Shown: one piece after another, positions 9,835 through 18,900 of the stretch
Numbering within the stretch: position 1 is the first letter of the stretch
How the letters are laid out: each line of letters opens with the position of its first letter
Assembly: GCA_041082215.1 (NCBI GenBank)
Contig: JBDOIF010000041.1
Span: 62,001 to 126,000, forward strand
Direction of reading: 5' to 3'
Length of the DNA: 64,000 bases
DNA from: Anaerolineae bacterium
GTDB taxonomy: Bacteria; Chloroflexota; Anaerolineae; B4-G1; DUEL01
The notes under the pieces: generated by a model
What the model saw: the letters and a program-made list of their open reading frames with translations, nothing else
Told to the model about the DNA's origin: nothing
The model's database searches: none
Translations under genes and position numbers: made by a program

Positions 9835-10788
9835 CTATGGCTTTGGAATCGCCAGGTCCGCCGGCCCCAGTTCGGAGAGCTTCAGGTGGGGATGGGTGGC
9901 CTGGATCAGTTCGTGGATGATCTGGGCGTATTTCACCTTCTCCCGCGCCTGCCAGGCCAGGAAGTCGGGGCTGGTCCACGGCTTGTACCAGGCCCCGGCC
10001 CCCGCTGCCAGCGCCGGCCCCGGCTCGATCTTGAAGTAGCAGGGCGCACAGACGCGGGCCATCTCCGCCCCTTCATAAAACCGGTTAAAACCGCCGAAGG
10101 AGTCGGAGAGGTAAATGTGCAGGTCCATCGGAATATCAATCGCCTGGCGGATGGAGGCCAGTTGGGGAAGGGAAAGGTCGCCCAGCGGGTTGAACGTGGA
10201 GGCCCCCAGCATCTGAAGGACCTTTCCTCCGGCTGCGGAGGCGTGGCCGGCGAAGATGCTCACTTTGAAGACCACATCCCTGGGGATGTCGCCGGTCTTC
10301 TTCAACTGATTGACCACCCAGAGCAGCCCCTCATCTATGACCAGGAAGCCACGGAAGCCAATGTCAATACAGCGGAGGAATTCGGCGATGACGAAAGAGA
10401 GCTGGTCGGACCCCCGGTAGCGCAGGCCGGAGAGGCTGCCCTCCGGCGTCGCCAACTGCCGCCCCACGTCCCATCCGGAGCGGGGGCCGGGGGTGATGAT
10501 CACTTCTAACTTCGCCTCCGCCGCCATCTGGGCGAAGGCCCGCAGCTCCGCGTCGTCCAGCAGGGTGGAACCCATCACCGTTGAGATCAGCCGGTGGATG
10601 GGGACCTTCCGCCTGTTCATCTCATCAATCAACGCTTCCAGCACCTGCGGCCGCTCCACGCCGGAGATCTCCATCCGGTAGTGGGCGCCGTCCGGAAACC
10701 GCTTGGGGCTATCCGGCAGATCGTAGGCGTCCCGCCCCGGGATACCCACCTTCTCCAGCATCTTCTGGACCTCATGCAGATCGCGCAT
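9835..10788 (-). CDS. Uncharacterised TIM-barrel protein, U32-peptidase-like family
   Basis: LPDSPKRFPDGAHYRMEI, GPR..WD.G, GFLVIDEGLL, FKVS...GH and GGFNRFYE; resemblance to U32-annotated proteins from memory only. Confidence 0.5.
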   Translation of the reverse strand: MRDLHEVQKMLEKVGIPGRDAYDLPDSPKRFPDGAHYRMEISGVERPQVLEALIDEMNRRKVPIHRLISTVMGSTLLDDAELRAFAQMAAEAKLEVIITPGPRSGWDVGRQLATPEGSLSGLRYRGSDQLSFVIAEFLRCIDIGFRGFLVIDEGLLWVVNQLKKTGDIPRDVVFKVSIFAGHASAAGGKVLQMLGASTFNPLGDLSLPQLASIRQAIDIPMDLHIYLSDSFGGFNRFYEGAEMARVCAPCYFKIEPGPALAAGAGAWYKPWTSPDFLAWQAREKVKYAQIIHELIQATHPHLKLSELGPADLAIPKP

Positions 10789-10821
10789 CGTCTTTTCCTC
10801 CTGACAAATCACTCGACGGCA

Positions 10822-11550
10822 TCAATATGGGATCAGCCTCCCTCCCTCCCGTGCAGACCGGAGGCTGCCCTGCTTCCACCGCAGATAGGACGGTCCTTGC
10901 AGGAACCCTTCCACAGTGACCGCCATTTCGTTCAACTGCATCCAGGCCGGCAGGAACTGCGCGTTGGTGTAGTAGTGCGTCCGGCCGTCGTAGGCGTCAA
11001 TCAGATAGACGCCCCGCTCATCGTAGCCGACGGCGATGAAGGTGTGTTCCCACTGGACAACGATGGAGAGAGAGCCATCGGCGGAGACCCAGGAAGCGAC
11101 CTCCGGCCTGAGCATCCGATAAGTGGCCCAGACCATCACCGGCCGTCCGGCGGCCAGCTCTGCCCTGAGCCGATCCAGCGTCAACCAGCGGTGGGCCTGA
11201 GCGTCCAGGCCGTATCGGCGGAGCGTCCGGGCCACAGGTTCAGCGTAGACCCCGTAGCCGCCGGGCGGCAGGCTCCCCGGCGGATCGTCCACGTTCCCCA
11301 CAAACCCTTCGTGGGGATTATCGGACTTGGGAAGCGCCTTGAAAAAGGTCTCCTCCGTGACCTCCACACCCCAGAAGGCGGCCAGGTCCACTGCCGAGCG
11401 GGCCTCGCAACTGAGGGGCCGGACCTGTCGGTGGCCGACGACGCCGTCCACGTAAGACCGCACCGGCGCGCCGGGATCGGCGAGCGCCCGACCGGGAAGG
11501 GCCATGGAGGCCATCGCCGCAGCCAGAGCCAGGACCCACCCTCGCCGCAC
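10822..11550 (-). CDS. Secreted C39-like (papain-fold) peptidase
   Basis: Signal-peptide-like N-terminus, Q..PLSCE catalytic Cys, PHEGFVG, EHT..AVGYD...YLID. Confidence 0.75.
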   Translation of the reverse strand: MRRGWVLALAAAMASMALPGRALADPGAPVRSYVDGVVGHRQVRPLSCEARSAVDLAAFWGVEVTEETFFKALPKSDNPHEGFVGNVDDPPGSLPPGGYGVYAEPVARTLRRYGLDAQAHRWLTLDRLRAELAAGRPVMVWATYRMLRPEVASWVSADGSLSIVVQWEHTFIAVGYDERGVYLIDAYDGRTHYYTNAQFLPAWMQLNEMAVTVEGFLQGPSYLRWKQGSLRSAREGGRLIPY

Positions 11551-11554
11551 CCTC

Positions 11555-12346
11555 TTACTCCTCCCCGCCGACGGCCTCCAGGGCTTCCACCACGACCTGC
11601 GCCTCCGCCACCGCCTGAGGGGCGGCCTCATACACAGCGATCCCCCTCAGGTCCGCCTCCACGATCTGAGGGCTGGCGGAGAGATAGCCGATCACCGGCA
11701 GCGGGCTTCGTCCAGCGACAAAAGCGCGGTCGGCCTCTGAGCGAATCCTGTTCCCCACCGCATACAGCCGCCTCAGGCCCAGGTCGTGGGCCAGATCGCG
11801 GATGCGTTCGGCCACCTGGAGGCTCCGCTGGCCCGGCTCCACGACCACCAGCATCGCATCCACCGCCTGTGCGGTCGCCCGGCCCAGGTGCTCCACCCCC
11901 GCTTCCATGTCCATGATCATCACCTCGTTCCGGTAGAGCAGGAGGTGGGTCACCAGAGCCTTCAACAGGGCGCTCTCCGGGCATATACAGCCAGAGCCGC
12001 CCGCCTCGATCGTCCCCAGCCTGAGCAGTCGGACGCCGCCGTAGGAGATGCTGAAGCGGTCCGGGATGTCGTCCACCCGGGGGTTCAGGCTGAAGAACCC
12101 GCCGTAGGAGCCGGGTTTGGCCCCCGTCCGTTCATAGATCAGCTCCTCCATCTCCGCAATGGGCATCAGCTTTTCGAGCAGCTCGGACGGAAAGCCCAGG
12201 GCCCCGGCCAGCCCTCCGGCGGGGTCGGCGTCAACGGCGATAACGTCGCGCCCCTTCCCGGCGTAGATGTGGGCGATCAGCGCAGCCAGCGTCGTCTTGC
12301 CGACGCCCCCCTTCCCGCTGATGGCAATCTTCCTTAATCCCCCCAT
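11555..12346 (-). CDS. cooC: CooC/AcsF nickel-insertion ATPase
   Basis: SGKGGVGKTT, GSGCICPE and DMEAGVEHLGR motifs. Confidence 0.92.
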   Translation of the reverse strand: MGGLRKIAISGKGGVGKTTLAALIAHIYAGKGRDVIAVDADPAGGLAGALGFPSELLEKLMPIAEMEELIYERTGAKPGSYGGFFSLNPRVDDIPDRFSISYGGVRLLRLGTIEAGGSGCICPESALLKALVTHLLLYRNEVMIMDMEAGVEHLGRATAQAVDAMLVVVEPGQRSLQVAERIRDLAHDLGLRRLYAVGNRIRSEADRAFVAGRSPLPVIGYLSASPQIVEADLRGIAVYEAAPQAVAEAQVVVEALEAVGGEE

Positions 12347-12357
12347 CGGCCCATCCC

Positions 12358-13773
12358 TCAGAGAAGCCCTTTTCCCTGCAACAGCGGACGGGGGTCTACC
12401 AGGTTCTTCCTCAACTCCGCCACCTCCTCCCCCAGGCCAAAGGCGAGAGCCATCAACTGTGTGATGTAGAGGACCGGTATCTCGAAGTCAAGCCCCATCT
12501 GCTTCTGTCGGTCCGAGATGTTGACCTGGCACAGAGGACAGGCGGTGACGATCAGGTCCGCCCCATACGCCTTCGCGCTCTTGAGAATCCGGGCAGAAAG
12601 ATCCAGCGCCACGGGGGTCTGGGTGATCCCCAGGCTGGAGCCGCAGCAATCCGTCTTGGCCGACCAGTCAACCGGCTCTGCTCCCAGGGCCCCGACTACC
12701 TCATCCATACTGGTGGGATTCTCGGGATTATCCACCCCTGTATATTTGGGCGGCCGGGTCGTCGCGCAGCCGTAGTAGGAAGCCACCTTCAACCCCTTCA
12801 ACGGCTTCTGGACACGCTGACGGATAGCATCCAGCCCGGCATATGCAAGAAGGGTCTCCACCGCATGCCTGGCCTCGACCGTTCCCCTGTATCGGTAGCC
12901 GATCCGTTCTGCCACCTTATCGGCCAGCTCCGGGTTATGGCGGACCTCGTAGGAGCCAGCCCGGAACCGCTGGTAGCATCCCAGGCATGGGGCCACCACA
13001 TCCTCCAGCCCCATTCGCTCAACGAGCGAAAGGTTGACGACGGCGTAGTAGCCTGCCAGGACCGGGTCGGTGGTGTGGGCAGGGGTGGAGCCACAGCAGA
13101 CCCACCCGGGCGGCTCGACCAGCTCGATCCCCAGCGCCTGGCACACAGCGCGGAAGGTATGATCGTACTCCGTGGCGGTGGACTCCAGCGAGCAGCCAGG
13201 GTAGTAGGCGATCGTCTTCGGGCCAGCATCCACTTTCTGTACCCTCCTGGGGGGACGGACGAACTCCGGCAGGAGGCGGATCTTGCGCTTAAGGATCATC
13301 TCCACGCCCAGGTCCATATCCTTCATCGGCTGCAACGTCAGGACGTTCATCGCTGCCATCAGGCCCGCCTCGTAGAGACGGCCCGCTGCGCCGATCGTTT
13401 TGAGGAAGACCTGAGTGAAGAGTTCCACCTCACGGATGGGCGGCTTGATCCCCCGTTTCCGCGATTCGATCCGCAGCGTGTCCATCACGCCGGCCACGTC
13501 AATCCCCTGGGGGCAGCGGGTCGTGCAGGTGACACAGGCCGCACAGACCCAGGGGGTCTTCGCCTCAAGGACCCGTTCGTCGTTAAACTGAATCGCCCGC
13601 ATGACCTGATTGGGCAGGAGGTCCATATACTCTGCCACAGGGCAGCCGCTGGAGCAGCGCACACACTGATAACAGAGGTACGGGTTCGATCCGGTATGCT
13701 CCTCGACGATCTCAGCCAGCGTCTCCGTCGCCACACGTTCTCTTGTCGCCATGCTCGTCTCCCGTGCGACCAT
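12358..13773 (-). CDS. HdrC-HdrB fusion (2x[4Fe-4S] plus two CCG domains)
   Basis: CYQCVRCSSGCP and CAACVTCTTRCP, then YYPGC, VCCGS, PCLGC, YYGC, DCCGS, ACPLCQ. Confidence 0.88.
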   Translation of the reverse strand: MVARETSMATRERVATETLAEIVEEHTGSNPYLCYQCVRCSSGCPVAEYMDLLPNQVMRAIQFNDERVLEAKTPWVCAACVTCTTRCPQGIDVAGVMDTLRIESRKRGIKPPIREVELFTQVFLKTIGAAGRLYEAGLMAAMNVLTLQPMKDMDLGVEMILKRKIRLLPEFVRPPRRVQKVDAGPKTIAYYPGCSLESTATEYDHTFRAVCQALGIELVEPPGWVCCGSTPAHTTDPVLAGYYAVVNLSLVERMGLEDVVAPCLGCYQRFRAGSYEVRHNPELADKVAERIGYRYRGTVEARHAVETLLAYAGLDAIRQRVQKPLKGLKVASYYGCATTRPPKYTGVDNPENPTSMDEVVGALGAEPVDWSAKTDCCGSSLGITQTPVALDLSARILKSAKAYGADLIVTACPLCQVNISDRQKQMGLDFEIPVLYITQLMALAFGLGEEVAELRKNLVDPRPLLQGKGLL

Positions 13774-14756
13774 CAGACCTGCGGCCGTGGCAGGAGTCCC
13801 GCTCCCTCAACGATAGGCCGCACCGCCTCTTCCCACTCGATCGCCATAATATGCACGCCAGCGACCCCCTCGATCTCACGAAGCTGCTGGATCTGTTCGA
13901 TGGCGATGCGGATCCCCTCCTGTTGCCAGGCCTCGCGGCGAGCCTCCTTATCCTCCTTGGGGATGTTCTTCACCGCCGCATCCATCCGCTCCACGTACTC
14001 TTCAGCCACCAGCATGCCCGGAACCTTATCCCGCATATACCGGGCCGCGCCAGCGGACTTCAGGGGGCCGATCCCGGCCAGAATGTAGACCTTCTCGTGC
14101 AGCCCCATATCCACTACCCGCTTCATGTACTCCCTGAAGCGAGGAATGTCAAGGACGATCTGGGTCTGGATGAAGTCCACCCCGGCGGCGACCTTCTTCG
14201 CCAGCCGATAGGGGCGGAAGTCGAAGGGATCGGCGAAGGGGTTGACCGCTGCGCCGATGAAGAAGTGGGGCACCTCCCCTTTGATCGGGTCGCCGCACTG
14301 GAACCGCCCCTCGTCCCGCATTACCCTGACCATCTGGATCAACTGGACCGAATCCAGGTCGTGGACGTTCTTGGCCGTCGGGTGGTTGCCGAAACTCTGA
14401 TGGTCGCCCGTGAGGCACAGCAGGTTGCGGACACCCAGCGCGGATGCCCCCAGGAGGTCGGACTGAATCGCCAGCCGGTTCCGATCCCGGCAGGTCATCT
14501 GCGCGATCGGTTCGAGACCCTCCCCTATCACAAGGACCGCAGAGGCGATGCTGGACATGCGGACGATGGCGGTCTGGTTATCGGTAATGTTCACCGCATC
14601 GGCGACCCCCTTCAGCAGTTGCGCTTTGCTGCGGATCACCTGCGGGTCGGCGCTTTGAGGTGGGCCCAGCTCTGCCGTGACCGCGAAGTGGCCGGCTCGC
14701 AGGATCTTTTCCAGATTGCTGCCCGACTTGTAACTGCTGGTCCGTTCCTCAGCCAT
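13773..14756 (-). CDS. metF: Methylenetetrahydrofolate reductase, catalytic subunit
   Basis: TAELGPP, NITDN, TCRDRNRLAIQSDLLGA, LTGD and FIQTQ motifs. Confidence 0.95.
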   Translation of the reverse strand: MAEERTSSYKSGSNLEKILRAGHFAVTAELGPPQSADPQVIRSKAQLLKGVADAVNITDNQTAIVRMSSIASAVLVIGEGLEPIAQMTCRDRNRLAIQSDLLGASALGVRNLLCLTGDHQSFGNHPTAKNVHDLDSVQLIQMVRVMRDEGRFQCGDPIKGEVPHFFIGAAVNPFADPFDFRPYRLAKKVAAGVDFIQTQIVLDIPRFREYMKRVVDMGLHEKVYILAGIGPLKSAGAARYMRDKVPGMLVAEEYVERMDAAVKNIPKEDKEARREAWQQEGIRIAIEQIQQLREIEGVAGVHIMAIEWEEAVRPIVEGAGLLPRPQV

Positions 14757-14765
14757 CGTTCCACC

Positions 14766-15446
14766 TCATTCAGCGTGGGTTAACCGGAGGTCCTCCCGCA
14801 CGATCTTGCGCGGGCCGCCGTCCCGGCTTCGTTGCCAGTTCTTGGGCGGCTGGACCTCCAGGAGTCGTTCGACCTGTCCGAGGGCGATCGCCCGCTCCCA
14901 GATCAACTGCCAGGCGCAGGGTATGTCCGGGTTCACCTCGCACACCCCCCTCTGGGAGCCGCCACAGGGGCCGTTGAGCAACTGCTTGGAGCAGCGGGCA
15001 ATGGGGCAGATGCCGAAGGTCACTCCCAGGATACAGTCTCCACAGGCCTGACATCGCTCCTCCCACACCCCCTGCTCCTCCGGCAGGCCCAGGAAGGTTG
15101 TGTTGAGGCCCGGCAGGGTCAGGGTGGCTGGAAAGCGCTCGTTCATCGCCTGGACGCCGATGCCGCAGGCCAGGCTGAGCACCACATCGTACTCCTCCAG
15201 CCGCGGCTTGAGCGGATCAATATACTCCCATTCACATTGTCGCTGCACCGTGACCTCATCCACCTCCATCGGGTGGCCATCCAGCTTGCTCTTCATCCGC
15301 AGCGCCGAGGCGAGGATCCCCACCTCCTTCTCGCCGCCGGCGAAGCAGACCGTCACACAGGTGCCACAGCCAGCGACCAGCACCTTCCGGGCATTGCCCA
15401 GCAGGGCCATGATCTCTTCCAGCGGTTTCTGTTCACCTACAATCAT
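14766..15446 (-). CDS. metV: Methylenetetrahydrofolate reductase small subunit MetV
   Basis: GCGTCVTVC..GG, RQCE, ACGIGVQ, CQACGDC, CPIARCSK.LLNGPCGG, CEV...PCAW. Confidence 0.93.
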   Translation of the reverse strand: MIVGEQKPLEEIMALLGNARKVLVAGCGTCVTVCFAGGEKEVGILASALRMKSKLDGHPMEVDEVTVQRQCEWEYIDPLKPRLEEYDVVLSLACGIGVQAMNERFPATLTLPGLNTTFLGLPEEQGVWEERCQACGDCILGVTFGICPIARCSKQLLNGPCGGSQRGVCEVNPDIPCAWQLIWERAIALGQVERLLEVQPPKNWQRSRDGGPRKIVREDLRLTHAE

Positions 15447-15455
15447 CGCATCCTC

Positions 15456-15483
15456 CGTATGACGTATGACTCATAACGTATGA
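15456..15483. repeat. Heptamer tandem repeat (cgtatga)
   Basis: cgtatga cgtatga ctcataa cgtatga, just upstream of the metV RBS. Confidence 0.65.
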
Positions 15484-15499
15484 GGTAATGGGCAAAACC

Positions 15500-15922
15500 T
15501 CACTCCTCTCGCAACGGATTCGGTCCCAACGCCCGCACCTTCTCCGTCATCTCCCTGACATATTCGGCGAACTGGACCGCCATCGCCGAGGAGAGGTTGA
15601 CCATCCGCACCCGTCCTCCGCCCAGCCCGATCTGATCGAGCAGGTCGGCCAGGTAGGCCACCCTTCTTTTGGCGTTGACATTACCCTCCAGGTAATGGCA
15701 CTCTCCCTCCAGTCAGCCGGCCACCATCAGGCCGTCAACGCCCCGCTCGAAGGCGTGGAGCATCTCCACCACCTCCACCCGGCCCGAGCATGGGACCTCG
15801 ACGATACGGACGTTGGGGGGGTACCGCAGCCGCATCGCTCCGGCCAGGTCGGCGGCAGCGTAGGCGCAGTGACGGCAGCAAAAGGCCAGAATCTTCGGCT
15901 CGAATGCGTCTCCCTCTGCCAT
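15500..15922 (-). CDS. mvhD: MvhD-like [2Fe-2S] protein containing selenocysteine (in-frame UGA at 15713-15715)
   Basis: The ORF track stops at ...GLMVAG*. The frame continues LEGECHYLEGNVNAKRRV...GPNPLREE*. The UGA aligns with the Cys in VACPLGNCH and GGCHPGDCH of the two paralogues in this window. Confidence 0.9.
15679..15697 (-). promoter_or_regulatory. Bacterial SECIS-like hairpin
   Basis: CAUUACC-UGGAG-GGUAAUG, a 7-bp perfect stem whose G-containing loop starts 23 nt after the UGA. Confidence 0.7.
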
Positions 15923-15938
15923 CCCCACCTCCTGCTCC

Positions 15939-15986
15939 ATGGCCCAATGGCCCAATGGCCCAATGACCCGATCACCCAATCACCTA
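15939..15986. repeat. Octamer tandem repeat at a gene junction
   Basis: atggccca x3, atgacccg, atcaccca, atcaccta; overlaps the hdrA stop. Confidence 0.75.
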
Positions 15987-18900
15987 AACCACAACCGCAT
16001 CCACCTTCGCCTCGATCTGCACATCCCGGTAATGGAGCAACTGGATGGCCTTCGCCGGGCACTCGCCGACGCAGACGCCGCACCCGTGACACTGAGCCGG
16101 TTCGATGTAGGCTGCGCCGATGATCCCTCCCACCCCTGTCAGGTCGGCACGGATCTGCGGGACGTGGTAGGGACAGATGCGGACGCAGGTCAGACAGCCG
16201 ACGCATTTCTCCGCATCCACCTGAGCGACGATGCCGCCCACTTCCAGGTAGTCCCGGCTCAGGATCGTCGCTGCGCGGGCAGCGGCGGCCTGGGCCTGTG
16301 CGATCGCCTCCCCCAGGAACTTGGGGTAATGGGCCATCCCGGCCAGGAAGAAGCCGTCGGAGGCAAAGTCCACCGGCCGCAGCTTGACGTGCGCCTCCAG
16401 GAAGAAACCATCCAGGTCCACCGGCAGTCGGAGTCGGGTAGAGAGCCCCCGTGCTCCTTCCGAAGGCACCACGGGCATGCTCAACACCACCAGGTCCGGC
16501 TGAAGGACCAGCTCCGTACCCAGCACCGGCTCCCACACCCGAACCTGCAATCTCGAATCGGCGACCTGCACCTGTGGCTTGCGGTCAAAGTCGTAACGGA
16601 TGAACACCACCCCGGCCCGCCGGGCCTCTTCGTAGATACGCTCCTTGAAGCCGAAGGTACGGATGTCCCGATAAAGGACGATCACCCGGGCCTTCGGGTT
16701 ACGCCGTTTGAGCATCAGCGCGTTCTTGAGGGCGGTGGTACAGCAGATGCGGGAGCAATACCGCTCGGCCGGACCGATGCACTGGATCATCACAACCGAC
16801 TCCGGCAGGTCCTTTCCCTCGGCCAGGCGCTCCTCGAACTCCTGTTGCGTCAGGATGCGCGGGTCGCTGCCATAGCCGTACTCCGGCCCCCGGTACTCCT
16901 GCCCGCCCGTAGCGACGATGGCGACGCCGTGGCGCACCTCCGACTCGCCCCGGGGTCCCCGCAGGCGGGAGGTGAAGTTCCCCACAAAGCCCCCGGTCTC
17001 CAGCACTTCTGTATTGAGATGGACCGTGATCAGCGGCTCCGCTTCGACCTGGGCGATCAATTCCTCGGCATAGGCGCGGGGATCGAGCCACACCCGTCCT
17101 CCAACCCCTGTCGCCTCCTGTAGCGAATAGCGAAGATGGAGCAGATTGCCTCCCAGAGAACCCGCCCGCTCTACCAGATGGACGGGGAAGCCCTGTCGGG
17201 CCAGGGTCAGGGCAGCGTTCATCCCCGCTGCTCCACCGCCGATCACCAGCGCCGTCTTCTGGACCTGTACCTGCGTCTTGTAGAGAGGTTCCAGCCGGGC
17301 AGCCTTCGCCACCGCCATCCGGACCAGGTCTTTGGCCTTCTCGGTGGCCGCTTCCCAGTTGCCAGGGTGGACCCAGGAGCACTGGTTGCGAATATTGGCC
17401 ATCTCAAAGAGGTTGGGGTTCAATCCGGCCTGGCGGATAGCATCCTGAAACAGCGGCTCGTGGGTGAGGGGGGTACAGGCAGCGACGACCACCCGGTTCA
17501 GCCCCTTTTCACGGACGACCTCCGCGATGTGGCGGATGCTATCCTGGGAGCAGGTGTACAGATTGTGCTCGGCATGAGCCACGCCGGGCAGTGTGGCCGC
17601 ATAAGCCGTCACCGCCGGCACATCCAGAAAGCCAGCGATATTCGATCCACAATGGCAGACGAAAACGCCGACCCGTGGCTCTTCGGTGGAAATATCCCGC
17701 TCAGGCGGCCAGACTACTTCCTCGGTCTCCGTCCAGCGGGCGGGGGCCAACAGCAGGCCCGCCAGCCCGGCCGCCCCGCTGGCCTCCACCACCGATTCGG
17801 GGATGTCCTTTGGCTCGTGGAAGGGTCCCAGGGCGAAGACCCCCGCCCGGCTTGTCTCCAGCGGAGCGAAGGGGGTTGTCCGGCAAAAGCCGTAGTCGTC
17901 CAGCTCCACCCCTGCCCGCCGCCCCAGGTCTCGCGCCGCTTCGGGGACCTCCATCCCTACGGAGAGCACCACCAGGTCGAAGGCTTCCTCACGTAGCGCA
18001 GGCTGACAGCCCGCGCCATCTGCGGGTTGAGAGCCTGCGCCACCGTCCACGTACCGGATGACCAGGTTACGGGTCTTCGGGTCCTCCTTTACCTCCGAGA
18101 CCCGGCAACGGACGAATCGGATCCCGTACCGTTCCTTCGCCCGTCGGTAGAACTCCTCGTACCCCTTGCTGAAGGCCCGCATATCCATCAAGAAGACGGC
18201 GATCTCGGTATCCGGCTCGTGCTCGATGGCGAGGATGGCCTCTTTGAGGGCGTACATGCAGCAGACGGAGGAACAGTAGTCGTGCTTCTGATCGCGGGAG
18301 CCAACGCACTGGATGAAGGCGATGCGTTTGGGCGTCCGTCCGTCGGAGGGGCGCTGGACGTGGCCCAGGGTGGGGCCGGAAGCGTTGAGGAGCCGCTCGA
18401 ACTGTAGGGAGGTGACGACGTTGGGATAGCGGCCCCAGCCGTACTCCCCGGCCTTCTCGGCGTCAAAGGCCGTGAAGCCCGGGGCCAGCAGGATGGCGCC
18501 GACATCCAGCTCTATCGTCTGCTCCACCATGTCATGATTGACGGCTCCAGCCTGACAGGCGTAAACGCAACTCAGGCACTCCGAGCAGATGCCGCAGGCC
18601 AGACAGCGAGCCGCCTCCGCCTGGGCCCGCTCGTCGGTGTATCCGGCGACCACCTCCTCGAAGGTGGAAAGCCGCTGCTCGACCGGCATGACTTCCATCG
18701 GGACGCGGGGCTGGATTTTGACCTCGCCGCGCGCGACCCGCTCCTCAATCTCGGCCCGGGAAAGTTCCACCACCGGCAGTTTGGGCCTTGCCGGTAGCTC
18801 AAGCTCCTCCCCCTGCAAATACCGATGGATCGCCTGTGCGGCCCGGTGACCGGCGGCGACGGCCTCGATGACGAACGCCGTCCCGGTGGCGACATCGCCG

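Noticed and set aside
15713..15979. Truncated mvhD pseudogene (88 aa ORF)
   Set aside because: UGA sits at a conserved Cys, the downstream frame is intact and a SECIS-like hairpin follows; selenocysteine is the better reading
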